Source: Mobula hypostoma (taxonomy: Eukaryota). From it: 64,000 nt of DNA. The first letter of the stretch is position 1; the number at the start of each line of letters is the position of its first letter. The position numbers and the translations under genes are program-made. The stretch is from positions 102,364,001-102,428,000 of the forward strand of contig NC_086108.1 in the NCBI RefSeq assembly GCF_963921235.1, given 5' to 3'. Below, piece by piece: positions 26,200 through 37,677 of this stretch. The notes under the pieces were generated by a model that saw only the letters and a program-made list of their open reading frames with translations, did no database searches and had not been told where the DNA came from.

Positions 26200-26975
26200 A
26201 GACATAAGGGATTCTGCAGATGCTGGAAATCCAAAGCAACATGCACAAAATTCTGGAGGAACTCAGAAGGTTAGGCAGCAGCTATGGAAAGGAATAAACA
26301 GTTGACCTTTCAAGCCAACACCCCTCATCAGAACTGGAAAAGAAGGGGAAGAAGCTTCAATATGAAGATGGGGAGGGAAGGAAAAGAGCTTTGTTGAGCT
26401 CTGTCTGCAACAACCAGGAATTCCTGGTGGCCAACCATTTTAATTCCACTGCCCATTCCCATTCTGACATGTCAGTCCATGTCTTCCTCTACTGCCATGA
26501 TGAAGCCCCTCTCGGGATGAAGGAGTAGCTCCTCATATTTCATCTGGGTAGCCTCCAACCCGATGGTGTGAACATCAATTTCTCTAATTTCAGGTTGTTT
26601 CTCACCGCTCCCCCTCCTCTACTTTTCCATTCCTCATTCTGGCTGCTTACCTTTTCTCTTCTCCTCACCTGCCTGCAGCACCCCCTGGTGCCCTCCTGTT
26701 CCCCTTTCTCCCATGGTCCATTCGCCACTTCTATCAGACTACGTCTTCTCCAACCCTTTACTTCATCCACCTAACACCTCCCCGCTTCTTACTTTATCCT
26801 TTCCGCGCCCATCCACCTGGTTTCACCATCACCTTCCAACTCGTACTGCTTCCCCTCCCCACCTTCTTCTTCCCCCTTCCCTTCCAATCCTGATGAAGGG
26901 TTTCAGCCCAAAATATTGACTCCTTATTCCTTCCCATGGATGCTGCCTGACTTGCTGAGTTCCCTCTGCATTTTG
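26200..26975. mobile_element. Penelope fragments: minus pLTR followed by plus endonuclease end and pLTR
   Basis: ggccaaccattttaattcc...catctgggtagcctccaacc; hammerhead relics at about 26300-26335 (-) and 26885-26922 (+). Confidence 0.78.
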
Positions 26976-27319
26976 CAGGTATTCCTAGAACAAGCTGGTA
27001 AATTGACAAAAACTAAAGGCTGAACTGAGTGACAGTGATAGGACAGGGTGGGAATGATTATTTAATTTCTCTGTCATTCAGCTCTGGGACCTGTATTGCT
27101 TTGTCTAACTGAGACTGAATTAGAAGACATAATTAGCAAATATACACTGTCATTAAATCAGAAATTCCTTTTATACATCTTGTTCCCTCCACCCTGATAA
27201 TTCTGCCTAAATATTGATGGCTATGACAGACATATTCGCTCACCCACATCCAGCCTCACTGGCTATGCGATATTGTGTTGTTCCTTTCTGATTGCCCCCT
27301 AATACTATTATCTAGACAT

Positions 27320-27820
27320 CATAGACAAAATACAGCAGAAAATCAGGCTGTTGGGCCCAGCTCTTCCATGCCAAACCATTTAAACTGCCTCGTCCCATTG
27401 ACCTGCACCAGAACCAGAGCCCTCCATACCCCTACCATCCATGTACCTATCCAAACTTCTCTTAAACAACATCAAGTTCAAATGCACCACTTGCGCTGGC
27501 AGCTCATTCCACACTCTCACCACCCTCCGAGTGAAGAAATTTCCCCTCATGTTCCCCTTAAACTTTTCACCTTTCATCCTTAACCCATGACCTCTAGTGG
27601 AAAAATAAAAAGCCTGCTTGCATTTACCTTATCTATACCTCTCATAATTTTGTATACCTCTACCAAATCTCTTCTCAATCTTCTACGTTCCAAGGAATAA
27701 AGTCCTAACCTATTCGATCTTCCTTATAACTCAAGTCCTCCAGACCCAGCAACATCCTTGTAAATTTTCTCTGTACTCTTTCAGCATTATTTACATCTTT
27801 CCTGTAGATAGATGACCAAA
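27320..27820 (-). mobile_element. CR1 3' fragment
   Basis: KGEKFKGNMRGNFFTRRVVRVWNELP. Confidence 0.85.
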
Positions 27821-29119
27821 GGTGCGGCATTACAATGGAACTTAACAGCGACTCCTTTTCAAGCTCATCTGTGGAAACAGCTTAATTTCTACCTTTAATG
27901 TCTCTCATTTTCCTTTTCAAGGTTGACGGGGTTCTGTTGGAGCCCCTGACCTGGAGCTACACTCAAACTTCAGTTCTTTGCAGCAGTGGGACCTGTTCAC
28001 AGGGGCTCATCACCAGCTGCTTTTGATACCCCGAAGACGCGGCCTAGAAGACAAGCACGCCTTCGGGGATCCGAGAGTTTGCGGCCCTGTGGATGAGCCG
28101 GCTCTGTGCCAGTACCACCAACTGAAGCACTGCTGGAGAAAATGGAACATCAGGATCAGCTGTTGGAAGCTCAGCAAATCTTCCTCCTCTCTCCAATTCT
28201 TGAGTCGGAGAACTTCGAGAAAGAAAGCGACGCAGCAAATCAGCGAGTTCTTTTGTTATGTCTGCCCTCTTGCTGTGAAAGGGTGACACCTCTTTGTTTC
28301 TTTATTGGGGAGAGAGAGAGAGAGCCTGTGGTATGTCAAAGGTTGAGGTGAACAATTAGTTCTTGTTGGACTGCAGCTCATGGTCTTTCTTGGGGGCTTT
28401 GCTATTGCTTGCTTTATGGGTGGAAGGTGCTGATGCTTTTTTTGTGCTGAAGTAAATGGGGGAGGGGAGGGTCATTGCTCTGCTACTGCTTCTGTGTGGG
28501 GGAGTACGAGAGGGCTTTGGGGTTGTAATGTTTTTAATTGTCACTCATTATTTGGGCACTCTTCTGTTTATGTGGATGTCTGTGAAGAACAAGAATTTCT
28601 GGTTTATGCATTCTCTGATATTAAATTGAACTACTGAACTATTGAAATTAGACCTTATCAACATCTTATACAACTTTAACATACAGTGTTACTCCATGGT
28701 AGGATTTTTCCAGCAAAGAGGTAGCCATTGTCGGAGGGAAGAGCACATCATTAGCCAACTGTTCTTTGCAATCATAGAAAGTTAATCACACAAAGCAGCC
28801 ATTTCATTCCCTGAGTCTATGCTTGCAAAAATCAACAGCAATTATAAATAATAATTCAACTAATTCCATTCTAAAGGCTTTAACATTTAACATGCTTGAT
28901 GATCGTTATAAAGATGAGATGGTAAACAATGGTCTGTATTCAATACTTAGCATGTGCTTTGATATTTTTAATCATTTCCCCTAATCCACCTTGTCACTAT
29001 TTACCACACAGCCACTCCTATTGTTTATTTATGATTTACAACCACCTTATTCTTTAACTGACTAGACAAGAATCACTGGAACAGAGTGAAGAGTTTTGAG
29101 AGGTTGGTGTTGAGACAGA

Positions 29120-30975
29120 TTGACAACAGCATCTCCACCACGATCTCCATCAGCACAGGTCCATCACAGGGCGGTGTGCTTAGCCCCCTGGTCTGCTTGC
29201 TTTATTGATTGTGTGGCTAAGCACAGCTCCAAAGCCATATTCAAGTTTGCTGATGACACCACTGTTGTTGGCCGAATTGAAGGAGGTGACAAATCAGCAT
29301 GTTGGAGGGAGTTGGAAAATCTGGCTGAGTGGTGCCACAACAACGACCTCTTATTCGGTGTCAGCAAGACCAAGGATCTGACTATTGACTTCAGGAGAAG
29401 AGAACCATTGGTCATGATCTCCATCAGCACAGATGCTCCACAACGCTGTGTGCTTAGTCCCCTGCTCTACTCACTTTACTCTTATGACAGTGTTGCTAAG
29501 CAACAGCTCCGATGCCATGTTCAAGTTTGCTGAGGACACCACTATTGTAATCGCAATCAAAGGTAGTGATAAACTAGCATATAGGAAGAGATTGAAAATC
29601 AGGCTGAGTGGCGTCATAACAACATCCTCTTACTTATTGTTAGCAAAACCAAGCAGCTGATTATAGACTTCACTAGAAGGAAACCAGAGGTCCATGAGCC
29701 AGTCCTCATTGGTAGATCAAAGGTGGAGAGGGTCAGCAACTTTAAATGGTGTTACCATTTCAGAGAACCTGTCCTTCGCCCAACACACAAGTACAATTAT
29801 GAAGAAAGCACAGCAGCACGTTTCTACTTCCTTAGGAGTTTGCTAAGATTTGGCATAATATCTACAACTTCGACTAACTTCTATGTGTGGTGGAGAGTAT
29901 ATTGACTGGCTACACCACAGCCTGGTATGGAAACACCAATGTCCTTGAATGGAAAATCCTGCAAATATCTGGGAGTTCAGATACATAATTCCCTGAAATT
30001 GGTGTCACAGATGGGCAGGGTTATAAAGAAGGCTTTTGGCATCCTTGCATTCATAAATCAAAGTATTAAGTATCAGAGTTGGGATGTTATGGCAAGGTTG
30101 TATAAGACATTGGTGAGGCCAAGTTTGGAATATTGTGTGCAGTTCTGGTCACCTAACTATAGGAAGGATATCAGTAAGATTGAAAGAGTGCAGAGAAGAT
30201 TTACTACGATGTTGCCAGGTCTTCAGGAGTTGAGTTACAGGGAAAGATTGAACAGGTTAGGACTTTATTCCTTGCAGCGTAGAAGAATGAGGGGAGATTT
30301 GATAGAGGTTTAAAAAATAGTGAGGGGTATAGACAGACTAAATGTGAGTAGGCTCTTTCCACTTAGATTAGGAGAGATAAACACGAGAGGACATGGCTTT
30401 AGGGTGAAAGGGGAAAGGTTTAGGGGGAACTTCTTCACTCAGAGAGTGGTGGGAGTGTGGAACGAGCTGCCATCTGACGTGGTAAATGCAGGTTCACTCT
30501 TAAGTTTTAAGAATAAATTGGATAGATACATAGATGGGAGAGGTCTGGAGGCTTATGGACTGGGTGCAGGTCAATGGGACTAGCGGAATAAAGTTTTGGC
30601 ACAGACTAGAAGGGCCGAATGGCCTGTTTTCTGTGCTGTAGTGTTCTATGGTTCTATGGTTCTAATAGTCCATCATGGGTAAAGCCCTCTTCACCATTGA
30701 GCGCATCTACACAAGCGTTGTCGCAGAAAAACAATATCCATCATCAGGGACCCCAACCACCCAGGTCATGCTTTCTTCTCACTTCATCAGGAAGAAGGTA
30801 ACAGGAGCCTCAGGACTCACACCACCAGGTTCAACTACTCAACTGTCAGGCTCCTGAATCAAAGAGAGGATAACTTTACTCAACTTCACTTGCCCTATCA
30901 TTGAAATGTTCCCACAATCTATGAACTCACTTTCAAGGACTCTTCACCTCATGTTCTCAATATTTATTGCTCACT
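29120..30975 (+). mobile_element. Rex1/Babar-like LINE fragments (duplicated RT segment) with a nested CR1 3' end at about 29964-30664
   Basis: KFADDTTVVG and KFAEDTTIV copies; CR1 KYLGVQIH...RGDLIE with (ctatggtt)n tail. Confidence 0.82.
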
Positions 30976-30977
30976 GA

Positions 30978-32400
30978 TTATTATTAGCTGAGGTTCAGGC
31001 ATAGCAAAGCACACTCATTTCTCATTTGCTAGGAACTTTCATTCTATTCTATTGGTGTTTAGTATTGTGGCTTTCTAAAGATATACATAGATATTACTGT
31101 GTAGCCCTAATTGTTTAATGCTATTATGTAGTGACTTTGGGATGACACCAGTTGTAGATACTACTGTTGGGACAATGCATGCCTTGTTCATATTCCAAAG
31201 TCTTTCAGTTTCATCTTTAAATTCAGCATATTTCTGGTGTTTTTCACTTAATGATTTCTGTATGTTGTGTGTGTTTGGAATGACGATATCTATTTAAATT
31301 TTATTTTATTGAGATACAGCCCTTCCAGCCGCACTGCCCAGCAATTCCCCAATTTAATCCTAGCCTAATCACGGGACAGTTTACAATGCTCAATTTAATC
31401 CTAGCCTAATCACGAGACAGTTTACAATGGTCAATTCGTCTTTCAACCAGTATGGCTTTGGACTTTGGGAGGAAACAGGAGCACCTGGAGGAAACTCACA
31501 CTGTCACAGGGAGAATGTACAACATCTTTGGAGGCAGTGGCAGGAATTGAGCCTGGATCACCTGTACTGTAAAGAGTTGTGCTAACCACTATGCTACCAC
31601 GCTGCCTGTAGCTATTAATATTAATATCTGTTAATTAAGTTTTCTTTCTTGTTTATCCTGTATTATTATATCTGGACAGTTATTATGGATTGTCCTATCT
31701 GCAATAACTGATCAGTCATAATATAACTTATGGGATTCTAACTCTAAAACTGGATCCGGTTTGTATTTATAGAAAGGTATGATTTCATTTAGGAGTTTGT
31801 ATTTTAAAGTAAGATTTTGGTGAATGATGTTTGCCACTTGATTATGCCGGTGTAAGTCATCAGATTGAGTTAAACTTCAACAGGATCTTGTAATGTGTTG
31901 GATTGTTTCTGGTTATAGTCTTGAATTTGTTGGTCTTTTGTTATATATTTTTGATGATTTTTTTTGTGTTAACCACCGGGTCCTGTATTGCCACAAGGCT
32001 TCTGTTTCTGGGAAGAGGTCTCCAACTCTGAGCTAGACGTTTGACCCTTACTTGTTGACATCTAGTCTGCTCAGATTGTGGAGATGTCTTCCATAGAGGG
32101 TCATGCTCTTCCATTGGTTAACTTTTTCTTCAATAGTGATAATGTCTTCATTTTTCTGGGTTGTGCTCTCATTTGTTTAATGGTGTATACGTCTTTTCAG
32201 AATTGCATATATTCACGTGGAGTACTGAATCCTGTTTTTGCTGGTGAAAATATATCTTTAGAAGTTTTATCTGACTATTGTGTAGATTTTTAATGCCTGT
32301 TATCCCTTTACCCACTTCTGCACCTTTGTTGTGTTCAATCACATGGTATTTGTCTCCATCTGCTGGTTCCTCTCTGTATCGCTAGTCAGTCACATACAGA
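30978..32400 (-). mobile_element. R4/Dong-clade (Rex6-like) non-LTR retrotransposon 3' relic with restriction-like endonuclease, interrupted by a SINE at about 31298-31607
   Basis: Minus-strand translation PETIQHITRSC...HRHNQVANIIHQNL (zinc-knuckle end) and DRTIHNNCPDIII...IDIVIP...EKHQKY...ERLWNM...IVPTVVSTTGVIPK; ends in (TAA)n. Confidence 0.78.
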
Positions 32401-32419
32401 ATCTAATGATTCTTGAAAG

Positions 32420-35400
32420 ATCATTGCTAATTCTTCAACAACCTCTTCAGCTACTTCTTTCAGAACTCTTGGGTGTCATCCATCTGGTCCAGGTGACTTA
32501 TTTACTTTCAGACGTTTCAGCTTCCCAAGCCCCTTAGTAATAGCAACTGTGTTTGCTTATATCCCCTGACACTCTCAAAATTCCACCATACTGCTAGTGT
32601 CTTCCACAGTGAAAACTGATGCAAAATACTTATTCAGTTCATCTACCATTACCTTGTCCCCCCATGACTACCTCTCCAGCACCCCATTTTCCAGCGGTCT
32701 GATATCTACTCTCACTTCTCTTTTATTCTTTATATGAGGGGTGATTGATAAGTTCGTGGCCTAAGGTAGACGGAGTCAATTTTAGAAAACCTAGCACATT
32801 TATTTTTTAACATAGTCCCCTTCTACATTTACACACTTAGTTCAGTGGTCGTGAAGCATATGGATCTTGGACCTCCAGAAAGTGCCTACAGCAGGGGTGA
32901 TTTATAAGTTTGTGGCCTAAGGTAGAAGGAGAGGAGTCATACAACTCTCGTTACATGCACATGCAGTTCAACTCTTTGAGTGATTATGCAGAAAGTTTGA
33001 GGTTAATAACTCATCAGGGGTGATTGATAAGTTTGTGGCCTAAGGTAGAAGGAGATGAGCTATTAACTTCAAACGTTCTGCATAAACACTCAAAGAGTTG
33101 ATCTGCATGTGCGTGTAACAAGAGCTGTATAACTCATCTTCTACCTTGGGCCACAAACTTACCAATCACCCATCTGTGGACACTTTCTAGAGGTCCACGA
33201 TCGATATACTCTATGACCGCTGGACTGTGTGTAAATGTAGGAGGGGACTATGTTGAAAAATAAATATGCTAGGTTTTCTAAAATTGACTCTTTCTATCTT
33301 AGGCCACAAATTTATCAATCACCTCTCGCCTATCTGAAAATATTTTCAGTATCCACTTTAATATTATTGGCTAGCTTAACTTCTTATTTCATCTTTTCCC
33401 TCCTTATGGTTTTTTGTTGCCTTCTGTTAGTTTGTAAAAGCTTCTGAATCCTCTAACTTCCCACTAATTTTTTCTCTATTATATGCTGTCTCTTTTGCTT
33501 TTATATTGGCTCCCTTGTCCACCACGTTTGCATCATCCTGCATTTAGAATACTTCTTCTTTGGGATGTAACTATCCTGCACCTTCTGAATTACTCCCAGA
33601 ATCTCCAGCCATTACAGTTCTTCTGTCACACCTGCTGGTGCCCCCTTCCAAACAATTTTAACCAACTCCTCTCTCATACCTCTGTAATTATCTTTACTTC
33701 ACTGTAATACTGATACATCTGACTTCAGCTTCTCTCTCTCAAATTACAGGGTGAATTCTATCATATTATGATGACTGACTCCTAAAGGTTCCTTTACCTT
33801 AAGCTCTTTAATCAAATCCAGTTCATAACCCAATACCCAATTCAGAATAGCTGATCCCCTAGTAGGCTCAACAAGAAGCTGCTCTAAAAAGCCATCTCAT
33901 TGGCATTCTATAAAGTCCCCCTTTTGGAATCCAGCACCAACCTGATATTCCCAATCTTCCTGCATATTGAAATTCCCTCATGATTATCACAACACTGCGT
34001 TTTTGGCATGCCGTTTCTGTCTCCCATTGTATTTTGTACCCCACATCCTGGCTACTGTTTGGAAGCCTGTATATAACTCCCGTCAGGATCTTTTTACCCT
34101 TGCAGTTCCTTAACTCTACCCTCAAGGATTCTTCATCTTCTGGTCCTATATCATCTCTTTCTAAGGATTTGATTTCATTTTTTTACCAACAGAGCCACCT
34201 AACTCCTCTGCCAATCCTGTCCTTTGGATACTATCTGTATCCTTGAGTGTTAAGCTCCCAACTATGATCTTCTTTCAGCCACATCTCAGTGATGCCCACA
34301 AAATCATTCCTACCAATCTCTAACTGCGCTACAAGATCATCTACCTTATTCCATATACTGCATAAATTCATATACTGTATAACACTTTCAGTCCTGTATT
34401 CATCATCCTTTTTGATTTTGTCTTCCTTTTACAATGCAACTCATCCTACTGACTGCAATTTTTCCCGATAATCTGCCTGTCCTTCCTGGCAGTCTCACTC
34501 CACACTGCCTCTGCATGTATACCAACTGCCCCATCTTCAATCCTATCGCTTCAGTTCCCATCTCCCTGCCAAATTAGTTTAAAATCCTCCCCAACAGTTC
34601 TAGCAAACCTGCCTGCAGGTTCCCCCTCAGGTTCAGGTGTAATCTGTTCCTTTTGTATAGGTTATGCCTTCCCTAGACGTGATCCTAATGTCCCAGAAAT
34701 CAGAAGCCCTGCGGCCTGCACCGGTTCCTCAGGCACCTTCAGTGATCCTTTTTGTACCCTCACCAGTGCGTGGCACAGGCAGCAATCCATAGTTTACTAC
34801 CCCAGAGGTCCTGCTTTTCAGCTTTCTACTTAGCTCCCTAAATTCTCTCTTCGGGACCTTCTCCTTTTTCCCACCTGTGTCATTGTGGCAACATGTACCA
34901 AGACTTCTGACTGTTCACCCTTCCCCTTTAGAATGTGGCCAAGGTCTGAGATGTCCTTGACCCTGGCACCTGGGAGGCAACGTACCACATGGGTGAGTAT
35001 CGTGTCCACAGAATCTCATGACTGCTCCTCTAATTATGGAAACCCCTTTCACTGCTGCAGTCCTCTCCCCACCCCCCCACCCTCTTCTGAGCCGCAGCAC
35101 CAGACTCAGTGTCAGAGACCCAATCACTGAGGCTTCCCCTGGTACATCATCCTCCTCCACCACCAACTGTATCAACAGTGGTACTTATTACTGAGGGGAA
35201 TGGCCACGGGGTACACTGTACTGGCTGCCCACTCCCTTTTCCTCTCCTAGGTACCTGTCTCCTGCAACTTAGAGGTGACTATCTCCTGTGTCTCCTATCC
35301 ATCATCTTCTCAGTTCCCCATCTAAGCCAAAGGTCATCGAGCTGCAGCTCCAATTCCTTAACGCATTCTCTGAAGAGTTGCGGCTCGGTGCACCTGGTGC

Positions 35401-35440
35401 AGATTCGGTTTTCTGGGAGGCTGGAGGTCTTCCCAGAATT
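32420..35440 (-). mobile_element. CR1 LINE 5' half (ORF1 esterase plus ORF2 endonuclease), degraded
   Basis: VELRNCKGKK..GVIYR.PNS APE motif; ORF1-like LQLLRE...ELELQLDDL. Confidence 0.82.
32735..33328. mobile_element. Mariner-derived foldback MITE, same family as 21503-21956
   Basis: Starts after TA with tgaggggtgattgataagtt; long inverted arms; several internal TIR copies. Confidence 0.88.
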
Positions 35441-35519
35441 AGACGATGAGACATCGGTGCAGAATTAACCCATTCAGCCCATCGAGTCTGCACCATCATT
35501 CCATCATGGAATGAGCGCC

Positions 35520-36467
35520 AGTGAGAACGGCGAGAACAGTTCAAAAGGTGACAGTTATTTCTTCAGCGGTTTGAACAAGGCACGACTGTGCAAGCGCATG
35601 GAGGTCAGCCACTGAGAACAGCGAGAAGAGTTTAAAAAGAAGACAGATTTAAACAGCGGGCATCAAAGAAGTGGGCGATGGAGTAGCGGGAGACAGAGTA
35701 GGAAGGCTTTGGCTCAACGGGGCTTAGGCGATAAAGGGTCGAGGCAAGGTAGGTTATCTGTGTGGAATACAGACTGGAAGTATGTGTGAGAGGCCGGATT
35801 TCTGTGCTCGGTGTCAGATGTGGGAGGTCCAGGAGACTCCCAGCCTCCCAGGCGGCCACATCTGCGCCATGTGCATCAAGCTGCAGCTCCTTAGGGACCA
35901 CATTAGGGAACTGGAGATGCAGCTCAATGACCTTCGTCTGGTCAGGGAGAGTGAAGAGGTGATAGAGAGCAGCTATAGGCAGGTAGTCACATCCGGGACC
36001 TGAGGAGGCAGGTGATTCTGTGGACATAGGAAAGAAATGCAGATGGTAGTTTGCTTCCCAGGTGCCAGGGTCTGAGATGTTTCTGATTGCGTCCACGGTA
36101 TCTTGAAGTGGGAAGGAGAACAGCCAGAGGTTGTGGTACATATTGGTACCAATGACATAGGTAGGAAAAGCGAGGAGGTCCTGAAAACAGACTACCAGGA
36201 GTTAGGAAAGAAGTTGAGAAGTAGAACCTCAAAGGTAGTAATCTCGGGATTACTGCCTGTGCCATGCAACAGTGAGTATAAAAATAGAATGAGGTGGAGG
36301 ATAAATGTGTGGCTCAGGGACTGGAGCAGGAGGCAGGGATTCAGATTTCTGGATCATTGGGACCTCTTTTGGGGCAGGTGTGACCTGTACAAAAAGGATG
36401 GGTTGCACTTCTTGAATCCCAGGGGGACCAAAATCTTGGCGGGGAGGTTTGATATGGCTATTGGGAA
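35520..36467 (+). mobile_element. CR1 5' part (ORF1 zinc finger plus SGNH esterase), host of the ERV; resumes at 47638
   Basis: CARCQMWE...ICAMC; VVVHIGTNDIG...DGLH; sequence continues gagtttaaactag after the 3' LTR. Confidence 0.88.
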
Positions 36468-37053
36468 TTGGCTATTGAGTAGAGGGATAGGTAAATACTA
36501 AGAGCAATGATCAATGATCAATCGCCTTATGAGCACCTTAGCTTACTGTTGTTGGGCAAGTCAGAAAGAAACCCTACCCGGCAACAAGTGACGTATTAGA
36601 CATTGTCCTCTATCTGGCCATACAGAAGGGACATCTCAAAGTATAACTAAATATGGGAAGGATAGCGTAGGGGATAGAACGTTTGAGAGAAAGGGGAAGG
36701 TGTCAATATAAGGGACTGATGTTGTATCCAGGCTAGCTTTGGCAGAAAATATTTGTAACTAATCAATGATGATTTTACATCTAATAGTATATTAACATGT
36801 GATCGAAACTATTCTGAAACTGTCTTAACTCACGTAGTTGTAAGATTTTCTGTGGACGTAATGATCAATATTATAAATTGTGAAGAATTGTGATTATGAA
36901 AGGAGGGTAATGTCCGGACTGGCTCTTTGGGAGATCAGTCTGTAACTTCCCCCATAGTATGCTGTGAATAAACAGTAAAGTTTGAGAAAGTATTGCTTGT
37001 GTTATTGTGTTTGTGGTATCTGCGCTCTTGCATCGGGTCGATCCACCATGACA
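36468..37053 (+). repeat. ERV 5' LTR (TATAAA 36872, AATAAA 36967)
   Basis: Aligns with 47042-47637 from about 36493 to ...catgaca; first about 25 bp differ. Confidence 0.92.
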
Positions 37054-37056
37054 ATT

Positions 37057-37074
37057 TGGCGAGTCAGCCAGGAG
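37057..37074 (+). promoter_or_regulatory. Primer-binding site, tRNA-Arg(ACG)-like
   Basis: TGGCGAGTCAGCCAGGAG, 3 nt after the LTR end; 17/18 match to the recalled complement of the tRNA-Arg(ACG) 3' end (TGGCGAGCCAGCCAGGAG). Confidence 0.85.
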
Positions 37075-37677
37075 TCCAAGACGAGGCCTACCCACGAGAC
37101 GGCGTCAGTGACCGGCTCAGTGGTAGTGACCTGAGACGGATGGGCCCACAGGATAAGATTTACCTTGATCTCTCTCATTAATTGTCCACCTTGGCGACCC
37201 CTTCTTCTGGCGGGTAATCCTCTGACGGAATCCTTCCGAAACCTGAGTTGAGGATCGCCCGAGTACCACAGGTCAGAAGATTCGGGGTAACAGAAGACCC
37301 AACTAGGTATTGTGAGTATTAAAGTCTGTTGAGTGCTGAAGAATTGGGCAGTAGATCATCAATGTGATCTAGTACATTTTTCTTTGGGTGCGTCACCGCG
37401 AATTGGGCAGTGGGTTAGTAGCAGTAACCTGTTACATTTTGAAGCTAGTGAGCATTCAAATTGACATGGGGGGTGGGGTACCAGGGTGCGTAGCGTGGTA
37501 TATTGACCAGCACAGGACAGAGCAGAAGTCTGGCCAAACACAGGGGAAGAGGCTTTCCCCTGCAGTCTATCCGGATGTTATAAATACGTTTTGGGGTACG
37601 CTTACGACAATTTGCCTGTCTCTGCATCCAGCCTTAGACCGGTTGTTAAGAGGAGAAATCCTCCACGCTAAGGTCAG

